Counted from the first letter of the stretch, positions 10,395-23,609 are shown. The stretch is 64,000 nt of DNA from Lingula anatina (GCA_051362555.1 CM120642.1:28520001-28584000); one strand, 5' to 3'. The notes: generated by a model not told the origin, from the letters alone. Numbers and translations: made by a program.

Positions 10395-12527
10395 TAATTG
10401 TACCCCCAGCGTCGGCTCCGCCGCCAAGTCACCGTTACCGCCTCTCCTCTTAGGCTACAAGGGCCTACGTACCCATCTTTTGGATTTTGGTCACGTATAA
10501 TCTCAACTCGATCCACGTAAAATTTGGGCTTCGTCGGTGCTGGGAACTAGGTGTGGCGCTTGTCGCAATGCACCCTTGTCCAAAATTGGCAAAATTAAAT
10601 GCTCAATATCTACCATACCGAAGGAATTATGGGAAAAATTCCTACAGACGACTGACCGAAAGTCATATGTGAAGATTTCAAATATGCCCTTGGATTTGAC
10701 CTTTGACCTTTATTCCAAGGTCAATGGGCCAAATTTTTTTTTAAAATGGGCTTTTTTTTTTACGAAAAAAATCATTTCTCCCGATTTTCAGAAACTACAC
10801 AGACCTAACCTATAATATTATGGGCAGGCATTATCCTTCAGGTTATCTTTCGTATTCTTGAGTTTGGGGCATTTTCACGGGAGTAGCTAATTCAGGAACC
10901 GTAAATGCTAAAGACCTCTTGTTTTTTGCATTTTGTAGAGCATGTCAAGCCCAACACTGAAAGTGGTGTCCGTTTTTTTTCCAACGTATGGAAAAGATAG
11001 CATAAATCTTAGCGAGGCAGACAACTTCTGGTCAAAAAATGACATTATTTCATGAAATCCGAACATGTGGAATTTCTGAGCACCTCCCATTTCATGAATA
11101 TCAACCAAAATGACCTTTTCTTTATTTCAGTTAAGTTTTTCTTTACTAAATTTATGGCACATTACTGTAACTCAAAAATTGCAACATTTTAGTCCCTTAT
11201 ATCTCCAAAGCTGGCAGAGACAAGGCCATAGTTACTATTGAACTCAAACAGGAAGTCATATACTGGCAATCTAAATGTGACCTTGAAATTGACCTTTGGC
11301 CTACTTTTCTAAATGAACTGAACTTTGCAACATTTTAGTCCCTTAAATCTCCAAAACTGGCAGAGATAGGATAGGGCCATAGTTACTATTGAAGTTGACT
11401 AGGAGTGCATTCCCATAGATTTAGATCGATCCCTGGGGGCTCACACTAAATTGCAGTCAGCCGAGCGCGCACGGTAGTTAATTACCCCCTTACAGCTTTT
11501 AGTAGGCGGGACAGACATTTAAGCCGGCTAAGCTGACAGTAATCTAGTGAGACTCCCCACAGGGATAGATAGATCTAAAATCTGTGGGAATGGGGTCTAG
11601 GGAGTCATATACTGGCAATCCAACTGTCACCTTAAAATTGATCTTTGGCCTACTTTTCACCTTGAACTGAACTTTGCAACATTTCTATCCCTTATATCTC
11701 CAAAACTGGCAGAGATACGCCCATTGAACTTGAATAGGGAGTCATATACCGACAATCTAAATGTGACGTACCTTGAAATTGACCTTTGGCCTACTTTTCA
11801 CCATGAGCTGAACTCTCCGAAACTGGCAGAGATTGGGCCATAGTTATTACTGAAGTTGAATAGGAAGTCATATACTGGCAATCCAACTGTCAGCATAAGA
11901 TTGACCTTTGGCCTATTATTTACCGTGAACTGAATTTGCAACTTTTCTATCACTTAATTATATCTCCAAAACTGGCAGTGATATGCCCATAGTTACTACT
12001 GAACTTGAATAGGAAGATATATACTGGCAATCAAACTGTCAACTTAAAATTGACCTTTGACCTACTTTTCACCATGATCTGAACTTTACAAGGTTTCCAT
12101 CTCTTTTATCTCCAAAACTGGCAGTAATACGCCTATAGTTACTATTGAACTTGAATAGGAAGTCATATTCTGACAATCTAACTGTGACCTTTAAATTGAC
12201 CTTTGGCCTACTATTCACCATGAACTGAACTTTGCAACTTTTCTATCCTTTATATCTCAAAAACGAGCAGAAACAATCTAATTGTGATCTTGAAATTGAC
12301 CTTTGACTTACTTACTTAAAACTAATTAAAAATTTTACCCATGATTCTGTTTTAAATGGTAATTTTCAGAAAATATATTGAAAATTTTTGTTTACTGCAT
12401 TTTGTAGAGCTTGTCAAGCTCAACACTGGAGGTGGTGTCCCTTTTTTTGCCTTTCCATACGAATGCACTTACCCCAGCTGGTGGTACAATACCCGGAGGC
12501 GGTATAGCCCTCTCTAATCCTCCAGTT
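10395..12527 (+). mobile_element. Helentron-associated non-autonomous element (HINE/DINE-like) with an internal ~146-bp tandem array, older copy
   Basis: The 5' subterminal IR is ATTGTACCCCCAGC and the 3' one is GCTGGTGGTACAAT. A 3' hairpin GGAGGCGGTATAGCC..TCCTCCAG-TT follows. The array spans ~11175-12310. The element is collinear with 57721-60977. Confidence 0.85.
11403..11597 (-). mobile_element. MITE family M1 copy 2, nested inside the HINE satellite array
   Basis: It interrupts the satellite consensus GAAGTTGA(A)TAGGAAGTCATAT and is flanked by a TAG duplication. Confidence 0.8.
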
Positions 12528-13916
12528 ACTTGAACCACGATTCCATGGTCCGATTGTAAAACTACTTCTTGTGAACACCTCGCCAAGAACTGAAGTTCCC
12601 TCACCTGCCCATTCAGCGGGTTCTCAATGCGCCAGAGACTATCGAGAGCGAACTACCGTGTATTTATACGCAGTGGGAATAAAAGAAGAACGCGATTGTT
12701 TGGGACTAAGTTGCAACAATAGATTTTGTTTCATTATCAGTAGGGATGGGTAAATGTAACCTTTTTTTGGAAATTTAATTTCAGACAAGTGGGTTCTGTG
12801 GCCATTTTGGCTGCTGAATACAAAATTAATGTCTTTTTTTTAATTTCAGATTACATATGATATTTGTATCAAGCGATTTTTCAAAATGACCACCAAACTC
12901 CCCATCAAATCACAGATTTCTCATGTAAACTTTTAAATATCAGTTCAAGTATGGCTTTTTATATGTCTAACCATATGATTTTATGATCAATGAATGCAAA
13001 ATAGATAAATCACTTTTGTTGGGCCATTTCATTTTGGGCAAAAGAGGATTTTTGGTCATTTTGAGGTAAAAATCGCCCCTAAATTACCATTTTGTATACA
13101 AAAATACCAATGTATATGCAACTGTGGTTTTTAATTTGAGAAAACAATAATACAACAAATATGGCCAATATTATTCAAGGTTCTCATGAAAATGTACAGT
13201 CTTGCCATATAGAGTAGTCATAATGTTAGTTGCATACAGGTATATTTATAGTAGTACACTCAGTAGCGGAGCATAAAGGACATTGTTACCCTTTATTATC
13301 TTCCAGATACCGAAAATGAGTTTTTTTTCTGCATCTAACTATTCAATAATGTATCTATCGTTGTGCTGATTTAAAACAATGAAATAACTCTCGAAAATAT
13401 GAAATATCTGCGTTTTTTTTTTTTTTTTTTAGGTGAGATAGCAATCGGTATGGGGTGTATCTTTATCCCTAAACTAGATTTCCACAAAAATTGGCATAGT
13501 GGACTGCAAGAGCATGAGCTACAATCCCGTGCCAGCGTTTTGGTTTAAATGCTTTTGTTATGGAACTATGAGCTTGTAATTACAGATTTCCATTAAACAA
13601 AGGTATTATTTTGCTTTTTCAACGATAAAATCTAAACTAAGACTTTAAGAAAAATCGCTGGCAGGGCTTGGGAGTACTTAATGGTGTCATTAAATCGGCG
13701 TTAAAACTGTGTTCATGGGTGTTCAGGTAAAACAGAAATTTCAGTGTTTACCCCAGAATCGCAATTATGATGTTAACCGTAAGATGACAACTGTATATGT
13801 TACTTAATACAATCACTGAACACTGAACATTTACTTGTTACCCAATATAATGTATGTAAGGCAGTATATAAGGAGTTTTGGGTGAAGGGTGACAATATCC
13901 TTAATGTCTTCATTTA

Positions 13917-14362
13917 TACCCTGGTCACACTATAGGCGGAATGAGCTAGAATGTCGTAGGATATTTAAAGTGTGTTCTAAAAATTCGAAGCACATTCCAA
14001 ATCTACGGGCCCATTCTTGCGTCCCGTCCTTTCGAACTTTCGAAGTGCATTCCAAGTGGAGAAATATCGAATAGCATTCAAAGTGTATTCTAACTGCACT
14101 ATGAGTCGCATTTTTAATATTCTTGCAGCATTCCTCATGTGTTCCAACCACATTCGAGATGCATTTAAGAGTTAATACACTAAAATGTGCATGAATCATT
14201 CCAGGCAGGTTTGAAGCGTATTCTGAGTATTCCAATGGTATTCTTACAAGAATTAGGTCAATTTGAAACTTCCCACCAAATGTGGCGCCAATTTTTGAAA
14301 ATTCTTCATTCCGATTCATTCTGCTTGATTACTGCTGATTCCGAATAAGTGTGAGGTGGCCT
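13917..14362. mobile_element. Harbinger-like MITE
   Basis: Imperfect TIRs are TACCCTGGTCACACTATAGGCGGAAT and ATTCCGAATAAGTGTGAGGTGGCCT. TTA lies on both sides, and the interior is rich in CATTC/GAAT repeats. Confidence 0.65.
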
Positions 14363-14523
14363 TTACAGTGCCTTCTGATCTCAGTGTATTTCTTATTGAT
14401 GCATTCATGGTGGTGGCGAGATACTCTTAAACTACACAACTGAAACTAAGTACCTTTTTTAGTGTCAAGAGGTTAGAGGTTGTTAGAGGTTGATGCCACC
14501 TGTTCCGAAGAAAAGGAAAATTA

Positions 14524-14770
14524 GACTGGGTTTCCATGCCTAGATAGATCCATCTGGATCGGTGTAACTCATTGGGGAGTCTCACTAAATTGCTATCAAC
14601 CAAACCGTCTTAAATGTCTGTCACGCCTACCGAGTCAGCTAGGGGTAAATATTATAACCCCCTTACAGCTTTATTAGGCGTGACAGACATTTAAGCTGGT
14701 TTAGTTGGTAGCAATTTAGTGAGACTCCCCCGGGAGATAGATCGATCCAAATATCTGTGGGAATGGTCCC
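14524..14770. mobile_element. MITE family M1 copy 3
   Basis: Ends are GACTGGGTTTCCATG...GGGAATGGTCCC. It has an internal foldback (GGGGAGTCTCACTAAATTGC / GCAATTTAGTGAGACTCCCC). Confidence 0.8.
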
Positions 14771-15499
14771 TTCTACACTATAACATTAGTTTGTACACGT
14801 CCATGAAGGTATTTTCAGCATTGTTTTTAATACCAAACTGTTATCCACGAATTCATTATGTACATAATGGTCATTATTTGCATTTATCTTAGACTCGAAG
14901 CGTATATTTGTTTTAAATAACATATTTTTAAAGATATCACCCTACCAATATCACCATTGTCTTAAATATGCTAATATATGAACTCTGCAACCCCCAAAAC
15001 ATATGGAAAGACATATTACCCATAATTTTTATGCACTTTACTGTGAAATTATGGCCAAAAAAGCCATTCCCCCCTTCCTTTTTTTACAAACAAATAGCAG
15101 AAACCAATATAAATCTTTAGCTTTGGTAAAAAATATTGTCGGATTTGTGTTCAGCAGCCAAAACGGCCACAGAATCCACCTGTTTTTAAAAAAATTTGTC
15201 ATTTGCCTACCCCTATTATCAGAGGTCGCCTTCTCTCTCCATGAAGCTTAGAGTATATCCTGAAAATTCCCCGCGCTTAATTTAGACTAGGTGACGTGGC
15301 GCACCGGTATATTTGTTTACCATCTCATCATTTTGAATTACAAGCACTCCCGATCATAATCCAACTCGACGGTAATGTTAAAATCATATCTGAAAAAAAA
15401 AATAAAACAACAGACTTTCTTTCCTCAGTGTGGGTACTTGGATCCTACCTGCGGCCTTAATGCACATGCATTTCGCTTGAGTATCTAGCAAGGAATAAA

Positions 15500-15735
15500 C
15501 ACGCTCGGCTGTCACCTTGATTGGTCAGAAATCGATTGTTGTAAAATCTCTACATGATTAAAAAAAAGGTGCCTAACCCTTAAAAAAAACACAGAAAACG
15601 ACTTTACAGTGTCAGAGTAGTCTATCCTTAAGAAAAAACTCGAAATCGGTTTAAGTATTCAAAACAAATTTTGTTTTTTTTTATGTTGCGATTTTACGAT
15701 TTTACGACACTCAATCAAGGTGACAGCCGAGCGTG
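15500..15735. mobile_element. Small TIR element with CAC termini, unclassified
   Basis: It has a perfect 24-bp inverted repeat CACGCTCGGCTGTCACCTTGATTG / CAATCAAGGTGACAGCCGAGCGTG. No clear TSD. Confidence 0.65.
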
Positions 15736-16256
15736 GAAAGGGTTGGGTAGACCTTTTTGAACCTTTGAACAATCAAAGTACCCGTATGAACGAGGTGAAA
15801 TAATGAAGGTTTTCAGCTTAAACAAATCTACTTCAACATTATCAGTGAACTGCCACTGAACGAAACTTATATGCTTTGCATTATAGGCCACTAACCTTCG
15901 TGCTCTTTAGTCTTTATCGCGTCGGACTATTTGTTTGCGCGTAAGGCCTGTTCTTAGTTACACCAGCCGGTAAATATCTACGAAGTAAAGAGGAAATCCC
16001 CTAGAGAGGGTTTTGCAAGAAGATGGTGCAAGATAATAATTATAAAATTATATAGGTAAATAAAAAAGTGGGACGATCTTCACAGTTGTCAACTATTGTA
16101 AGCATACTTTGTTTGTTGAATATTAAACAAAATCTCAGCTTCGACCAGATTGGATTGGCATTTCTGTCATAAAAATCCCCCATGATAAAAAAGTAGGCCT
16201 ATTTATGAGTAACATTTGATTTTCGCTGCAATATCTTGTAACGCAGTTGTCTCAAA

Positions 16257-16921
16257 TGGAGCAAAAATTTACCATAAGCTCTCTAACCGAGTGTTTGGTC
16301 AACTTAGCATCAACAACAGTGGCAATATTAACAGTCAGCGCCTCCTATGCTCTTGGTAGTAGGCCTATCAGCTGTTGCTGCGTTAAACGATATGCCGATG
16401 CCTTTTTGAGGTCGTCGACGGCACATAGAACCTGGTACACTCGTATTAACACTTTGGGGGAACTTTATCAAAACGTGTCAGATATTGTTGAGGCACATTC
16501 GAGACAGTCTGAGAGACAAAGGGGCACGGTGATCATTGTGAACGGACACGACTGCAGAGATGAAGTGGTCAGTGTTGGAACAGAAGAGATGCCTCGGACA
16601 GCTTTTATAGATCAGTTGGTGAAGACATTGATGATTGGTCGCACATCTGGTGCCATTTGGATTATTTTTGCCATTTGTCACGGCCACCATGGGGTGGAGC
16701 AGAGGGCCACTGAACCCAAGGACTTGGCGTCCAAAGACATAATAGTGACCTTAAATGAAACAGATGACAGCGATGAAAAGCCATATTCAGTGAGGTGTCT
16801 AGAAGATGATGTTGGTCTGGGCTGGTCGCAGATGGACCAAGAACAGCAGCAAGAAAACCACGAAAATCAAGAAAGTTTTGTTGAAGCGGCCCATGGATTT
16901 GAAGTGGGACTTTTACCTTAA
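16257..16921 (+). CDS. Orphan ~221-aa protein, possibly a caspase/CHAT-like (clan CD) peptidase fold
   Basis: This is a long ORF with a CAAATGG start right after a CAG acceptor at 16246, and an upstream donor AG|GTAAAT at 16056. It has motifs GTVIIVNGH and WIIFAICHG and an acidic C-terminus. Confidence 0.5.
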
Positions 16922-17536
16922 TTATTTTTTACATGTATTGGAATGAATCATCATCATGCCATTATTAATCAGCAGTCAGAATGAAGTGCATTTTCTATTA
17001 AGAGTTCGGTATTTCCGGTAATTCCCAATTTAGCAAGGATGTGTTGTATTAAAGATGGACCAAAATGTGCCAAGAATCACAAGAAGAATAACACGAAGAT
17101 CGACGAAGTTTTGTAAAATCGGCCCATGAAATTAAAGTAGGGCATTGACCACGAAAGCTTTTTATTGATATATAGCCCTTGTTTACCGTCATTGGTCCAA
17201 AGTCAGAATAGTATCTATAGTATATCTGGAAATCCCCAATTTCGGAAGGGCGCGAATGAATATCAATCTTTGAAAATCAAGCAAGCCAATCAAAAGTTAT
17301 CAAATTTCAAGAATGCTAGTCGGCCAAGCAAGCATATGTACATGTAACAGTGGAAGCCAAAAGTGTCACCTAATTGCCCAATCAATTAAACAAAATTGGC
17401 ATAACTTTTGAATGGGGTAAAATATCCATTTGAAATTTTTCGGAAAGTTATACTATGCCAAGAAGAATCTGACAAGATACAATTTTCTGTAATTTATCCA
17501 TTATTTCCATGGCAACCATTGCTAAATATCAAAAGC

Positions 17537-17730
17537 GATCGATACTATCCCTGTGGGAAGTCTCACTTGATTACTGTCAGCCTAGCCGGCTTAATCGACC
17601 GTCCCGCCTACTGAAAGATGTAAGGGGGTAATTAACCTTCGTGTCCGCCCGGCTGACAGCTATTTAACGTGAACCCCCAGGGAGTTAGGTCGATCTAAAG
17701 TAGATCGATCTAATCTCTGGAAATGGGGTC
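17537..17730 (+). mobile_element. MITE family M1 copy 4 (5'-degenerate)
   Basis: It is nearly the same as 9830-10007 and 40500-40693 and ends GGAAATGGGGTC. Confidence 0.75.
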
Positions 17731-18064
17731 TTAAATGCGGGTCACAACGTGCGGCCAAATGTAGCGAGATTACACTACGTCGTGCAAGCTGTGTGACATA
17801 TTTACATAAACAATATGAATACACAACACTTTTGAAGAACTTAGCAACGTACGTGAAGCCTTATTCTAACTAGTTTGATTTTATTTTTGACTAGGTGTAC
17901 ATGTATATACTAGAAAAATTGTACATGTTCTATCCTGTCCTAACCTTACCCAGCGACCTATTATTAATATTATTAATAATATTAATAATATTGATATTAT
18001 TAATATTATTAACTAGTACTTACCGGACTTTTCGGGTTTTGACGCCTGTCCTACTCTTTTATAG

Positions 18065-19566
18065 ATAATAGCCACAGACAAGGCGGGGGGAACAATAACC
18101 CGTACAACAACTAATACCAAAAATGGCAGCGGAAGTCCTCGTGGTTACAGCTTTGATTTGTTTCCTGAAGCCGATTTAATTCAAAAGTATCTCTGTAGCT
18201 TCTGTGATTTGGTGTTACGGAGGCCTGTGCAGAGTCACTGTGGACACCGATACTGTGCAGATTGTTTTGAGTATGTAATCAGGTACGTTATTTTGCTATT
18301 ACTTTTCAGATGATAAATGTTAATCTATTAAGATACTCAAACAAGGAGTTTAAACGCAGATGAAATTGGTAACCTACTTATGGGATTATGGGAGCAAAGT
18401 CTACATAGAAGATAAGATAACCTGTATTTTTCAACTGTTTGGTATTCAAAAACCGTGCTAAATTGTTCTTGGGCCGCTTAGATTTAAATATGGAAATATA
18501 TCTTCCTTTCGTTCATATTCTAAACTGAAATTAATAAGCCTGTGTTATATGGTTTTGTTCTTGCAGCTTGGATGATCCAGTCTGTAAACCATGCGAAGAT
18601 GATGGAGATAAGGTGTACATTACGCAGTCGAAGGTAATGAAGATAACAAGAAGTACACTCTGACCAGTTTATTTTTGTTTAACTACCCTCTACCAGGGTA
18701 ACAGGGAGATTATTTTTGTCTCTAGCTCAGGCCTCATAAACAATAATTGCTGTATGGTACCATGAGCCTTTGGTTTGTGAGTAATTTAATTTAAATTTTA
18801 ATTAAAATTACCCCAACATAGAATTAGTAGACACGAACACAGTGTCATAGTGGCTCGTGTGTCGTAACGCTGTGGTCGTGGCTAATAATTTTACATTGGG
18901 GTACTTGATTCGTAGCCTGAGTCGTAAATTTGGGCGTTCGTGCCCACAACTCTGAGGTTGGAGTTCGCAAATGCTCATCCGTTATAAGGCCTGTAGCTAA
19001 AACTGTGCGCTTTTCAATACTGAAAACTAACGAGTAAATAAAATGTTTTGCAAACAATGTTGGCTAAATTGGTTTAGACCTTTAAGAGTTCTCATATTGA
19101 TCTAAGTGTTGCATTCAGCGATAAAAAGAGTCTTTGTTAACTTATATCAAGGGTATAGCGTTGACATATCGTAGAAAGAAAAATGAATGGAAAATAGGAA
19201 GCATTAGGACAAAAACACTTTAAGTATTATAAGGAATTTGATTCCAAACATTTTCACTTTATATATAATCATGTAAAGGATTTTGATAATGATTATTTTC
19301 ACTTGTTTTTCATATATCCAAAATGCCATTTAGCAATTCCCTGACGTTGCAATAAGAAGAGAGTTGGAAAGAAAACTAATTGTGGTTTGTAAAAATCAAG
19401 GATGTGAATGGAAAGGAAAATTTGGAAACTACGTCGAGGTAACTGTTACACTGTAGCTATTGTAATCTTCTTTAAGCTTGTGTTACCTAAAAAAAACAGA
19501 CCTACAGAAATTCTCCCTTAATTTTTCCACAATCAACATAAAACACCGCATAATATTTCAAGACCA

Positions 19567-19619
<53 letters not shown>

Positions 19620-20056
19620 GAAGTGTTGGAAACAACAGTGATTGTTGGTTACCGAGATGAGCACTAAAATCCAGGGTGTATCTTTGTTGAATTAAGATAA
19701 CCGTTGCTATTCACTAGAATAATCTGTTTGTAAGGCAAGCATTAGTGGAGTACTCAAACCTTTTGAACAAAATTGCCGTTTGTTACTTAAAACCACAAAA
19801 TTGTGATTGTAAGCGACCTAAACAGCGATTTCACAGTGCTATAGGAAAAATACTTGTTGCTAGCATCGCAATGTATTTTACTATTTTATTTTGGAACGAA
19901 TGCATTTTTCACAATGACATTGACGTATTTAAATTACGATAACAATTTGCAAACAGATGTTTAATGTATTCAGTAGGGTTAGTTCATTAGGTAGTGGATG
20001 ATTCAGGATACAGTTTTATTATTGTTGCATATTGTTTTATGATGAGGCAAATTCTT

Positions 20057-20126
<70 letters not shown>

Positions 20127-22741
20127 TTGGACAAAATATTTGAATTATTCATTTTTTTTTGGGGGGGGGGTGCACTTTTTTTTTTTTTTTTTTTTTTGGG
20201 TATCTACTCCGTAAGATTTCTAAATCATGTGCTCTTATTCTGAATTTTGCAAAATTTTATGTCGTATTTTGGTATTGGGGCTGTCGTGTATAACTGCAAA
20301 CCGTAAGTCCTCTCACCTTCCAGTTCCGCACGTTCTGTGTGTACTATATTAATAATTCGGCAATCGCAGTCACATACCCACGGCTTGAAGTGACAAATGC
20401 AATTATATTTTTGATCTGGCCTGGGACTGGCACAGAAAGATTTTTTTGAATGATTTACTTTTAATTTAATGTAGGGTCACGAAAATTCATGTCCTTTCCG
20501 CGTGTCCAGCTGCCCCAATAATTGTGGGCAACAGCTACCCTGGAACCAAGTGGACAAGCACTTGAAGGACAAATGCCCACTGAGAACCGTTAAATGTCGC
20601 TACTGTCCGAGGTCATTCATCGCTAACAGAAACAAGGTATTAAAAGAGGGCTATGGGAGAATAGAGGCTCGGAGCACACTGTTTCTGACTCTTATTTTGG
20701 ACATTATGGCATCCATGTAGAGTAGCTTAAATATTTTAGTAAGAATTTTAATAACATTACTTTTAGGGAGTTATTATATTAATTTAGAATAGATATTTTA
20801 TCATAATTTTTATTCTGTTTTTCTCTTGGCCAGAAACATAATTTGCCGAACTTCGACCTCGTGTTGTCAATTTACCTGCAGAGAAGTTATTTCAAATATA
20901 TATTTTAAATATATTTTTGTAGGAGCATAATGGAACGTGTCCCAAATTCCCTATTCGCTGCGACATGTGCGACAGTCTCACGAAAAAATTACCGAGAGAT
21001 CAGGTTAGTATTTCTTGTTTTAAAGTGCGATAGAAAAACATATCCCATTTAACACAGAAAGTTATTATAACGTTACCATAACGTAACCTTATATATATAT
21101 ATAAACGTTGCGGTGACGTTATAAAAACGACTGACTTACCTGGGATGCATTCAGTCCTATACTTAACCGAACTAACTGTCGCCTCTAGGAGTTACGTGTA
21201 AAACTATGATACAATTACCACAAACGGCTTTGGTTTGATTTCGTAAATTGCTAAAATAATTTCTATATTAAAGGTACATTTTAACGCTGTCATATTTCGT
21301 TCATATATTTATAGGTCCAATGGCTGTTACCGCTCATCTAATTGTCGGAAAAAACATGCTTTCAATAGCCTATTGAAAATAATCTTTTTCGTTTTCGTGT
21401 TAGATAGTGAGACACCAGCGAACCAACTGTCCCAAAGACAAGATAGTATGCCAGTATGGATGTCAGAACAAGGTATGTGCTAGTGATAAAATAGTTATAG
21501 GATACAATTTATGACTTGGCAGTTTTCGTAGTTTTTCTCTGACATTTATTGGGATTAACAAAACCAGATTTTACTGGGGGACATTTCTGGCACAAAAATA
21601 ATCCCTTGTTGTTGACCCACAAAATTGACCGTTTTCCAGGTTATTTTCTATAAATGTCGACATTTCATTTTGACCCTTAAATCAAAATGAATATGTTAAC
21701 ATGGTACCCGATAAAGTATATGTTAGCGTGCAATGTTATTTATAGTTCTCCGTTAATCAAGCACACCAACATAATGAAGAAAACGTTCCGAAACACCTCG
21801 ACTTCATGCGGGAGAGGATCAAATCTCTCCTGGAGGAAACCGAACAGAAGCAACACGACAGATACGACAGACATATGGGCAACCTGAAGCGACGGCTCTC
21901 TTCCTTACAGCGTGATGTTGACAACTTGAAAAGCCAAACACAAGAGGTTAATACAAGAGTAGATTCACTGACGAGCAAAAAAAAGGACCAAGAGGCAACA
22001 GCCTCCGAATCTGTTCGAAAAGACCTTGAAGCTCTGAAACTGAGGGAAGGTGTGATGGAAAGTAAGTCTGGTACTTTTGAGGGAATCATTGCTGTTTTGA
22101 ACAGAGAAATCGAGAAATGCGCCTCACTCTTGGAAGAATACGACCGACAAATGCGTCTTGACCGGGAAGCTCTGACCAATGCTGAAAGAAAATGCAAATC
22201 CTTCGAACGCGCCCTTGCCCTAAGAGATGTCAGTATGGCGGAACAGGACCTCCGCATCCAAGCCCTAGAGACCGCCAGCTATGATGGCGTCATGGTCTGG
22301 AAGATCGCCGACTTTTCTAAGAAACGCCACGATGCCATCACTGGCCGCCTGACCAGTTTCTACTCCCCCGCGTTCTATACGGACCCGCACGGCTACAAAA
22401 TGTGCTGCCGAATTTATCTCAATGGCGACGGAATGGGGAAAGGCAGTCACATCAGCCTCTTCTTTGTCGTCATGCGCGGATATTACGACGCTCTTCTAGC
22501 GTGGCCATTTAAGCAAAAGGTCACCCTCATGATCCTTGACCAGAGCAATCGTGAGCACGTGGTGGAAGCGTTCAGACCAGACCCTGCCAGCTCCAGCTTC
22601 AAGAAGCCGACATCAGATATGAATATCGCAAGTGGCTGCCCGATGTTTCTGTCGCTGGAAAGGCTGGGTGCGTCCAACACGGCCTATGTGAAAGATAACG
22701 CGATGTTTGTGAAGGTCGTGGTGGACTGCACAAATATCTAA
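18065..22741 (+). CDS. TRAF2: TNF receptor-associated factor, TRAF2-like (RING, five TRAF zinc fingers, coiled coil, MATH), ~565 codons
   Basis: In-phase GT-AG exons are 18065-18282, 18567-18633, 19334-19438, 20475-20636, 20923-21003, 21404-21472 and 21746-22741. The RING reads KYLCSFCDLVLRRPVQSHCGHRYCADC, followed by FPDVAIRRE..CEWKG and CPKFPIRC. The MATH domain reads YDGVMVWKI...YKMCCRIYLNGDGMGKGSHISLFFVVMRG...FRPDP...MNIASGCP. The start codon is unresolved. Confidence 0.92.
18728..18993. mobile_element. CAG-terminated MITE in TRAF intron 2, family M2
   Basis: TIRs are CAGGCCTCATAA / TTATAAGGCCTG with a 5-bp TSD TAGCT. A related copy lies at 26592-26779. Confidence 0.7.
20059..20124. repeat. 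(TA)n microsatellite
   Basis: Uninterrupted TA run. Confidence 0.95.
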
Positions 22742-23609
22742 ATTGATATTGATCCTTTAAAGCCTAAGTATTCCAAATTGGTGCATAAAGTGCAATATGC
22801 TACGTTTCGTTTTTTTTCACACTCGTTGGGATTTTGTCCAAAACCATATTATTGCATCTTCAAAATATTCTTATACAATTATATTCGTACCCCTAAACAA
22901 CTCGGCTCTCTATTAAGCCCCTTGATAAAAAAATCCCCAAATAATTATTTTTTGTAATCGCACGTAATTTAAATTGCAATTTGTTGTCAGATGAATAACA
23001 ATTTGAAACCATTTCATCAGTAAGACTGATGGTCCTTTGGGGGACTTTTCTTGCTAAACGCTAAAAGGTGGATTAAAATTTTTCAGAAGGCATTTTTTTT
23101 TCAAAATTTTTCTTTCCTTCTCTTCTTTTCTAAAGTGATTGTCAACTTCAACGTAAAATTCTGTTTATTAATTTTACCTTTTTATTCTTTGTTTGTTTGC
23201 GCATGAAATAGGAACAGCATATTTGCAACAGCTTTACCGCTCGTTTTAATAATGTGTCATTACCGTAATTTTTTCCTCAAAATAGTTAACTTCTGTAATG
23301 AAATTTTACTAAAACTAAAACAGCATAACATGTCCAAAAAGGTTCAGTTTCAGTCGTAATCGAAAAACATTTCACATTGATCGAGAAATCCATGTCCTGT
23401 TAAAGCAAACAAACCATCAAAGAAAAACAATATCGGCACCAGAATGGGTGGGGATGAATCAAAGACTTCGAGATATTTATTTCTTTTTTACTCTTTCTTT
23501 TCTTTACCTTTTATATTCAAGTTAAAAATCCTTTTCAAATTTAATTTTCTTTCTTTCTTCTTTATCATTAATTTGGTGAATAATCCCTATCCTTAATAGC
23601 TTTGTTTTA

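Noticed and set aside
12740-13755. Probable DNA-transposon-derived tract (also 9450-9790 and 23900-24400)
   Set aside because: It looks repeat-like, but I could not find matching TIRs or TSDs, so no boundaries are called.
15328-15390. Possible minus-strand terminal exon (MILTLPSSWIMIGSACNSK)
   Set aside because: I found no partner exons and no recognisable homology.
16478-16894. Minus-strand signal-peptide-like ORF MGRFNKTFLIFVVFLLL and a 70-aa ORF
   Set aside because: The first stops after 31 codons. Both are best explained as antisense shadows of the Q/E-rich + strand ORF.
21757-22680. Minus-strand ORFs over the last TRAF exon
   Set aside because: They are antisense shadows of coding sequence.
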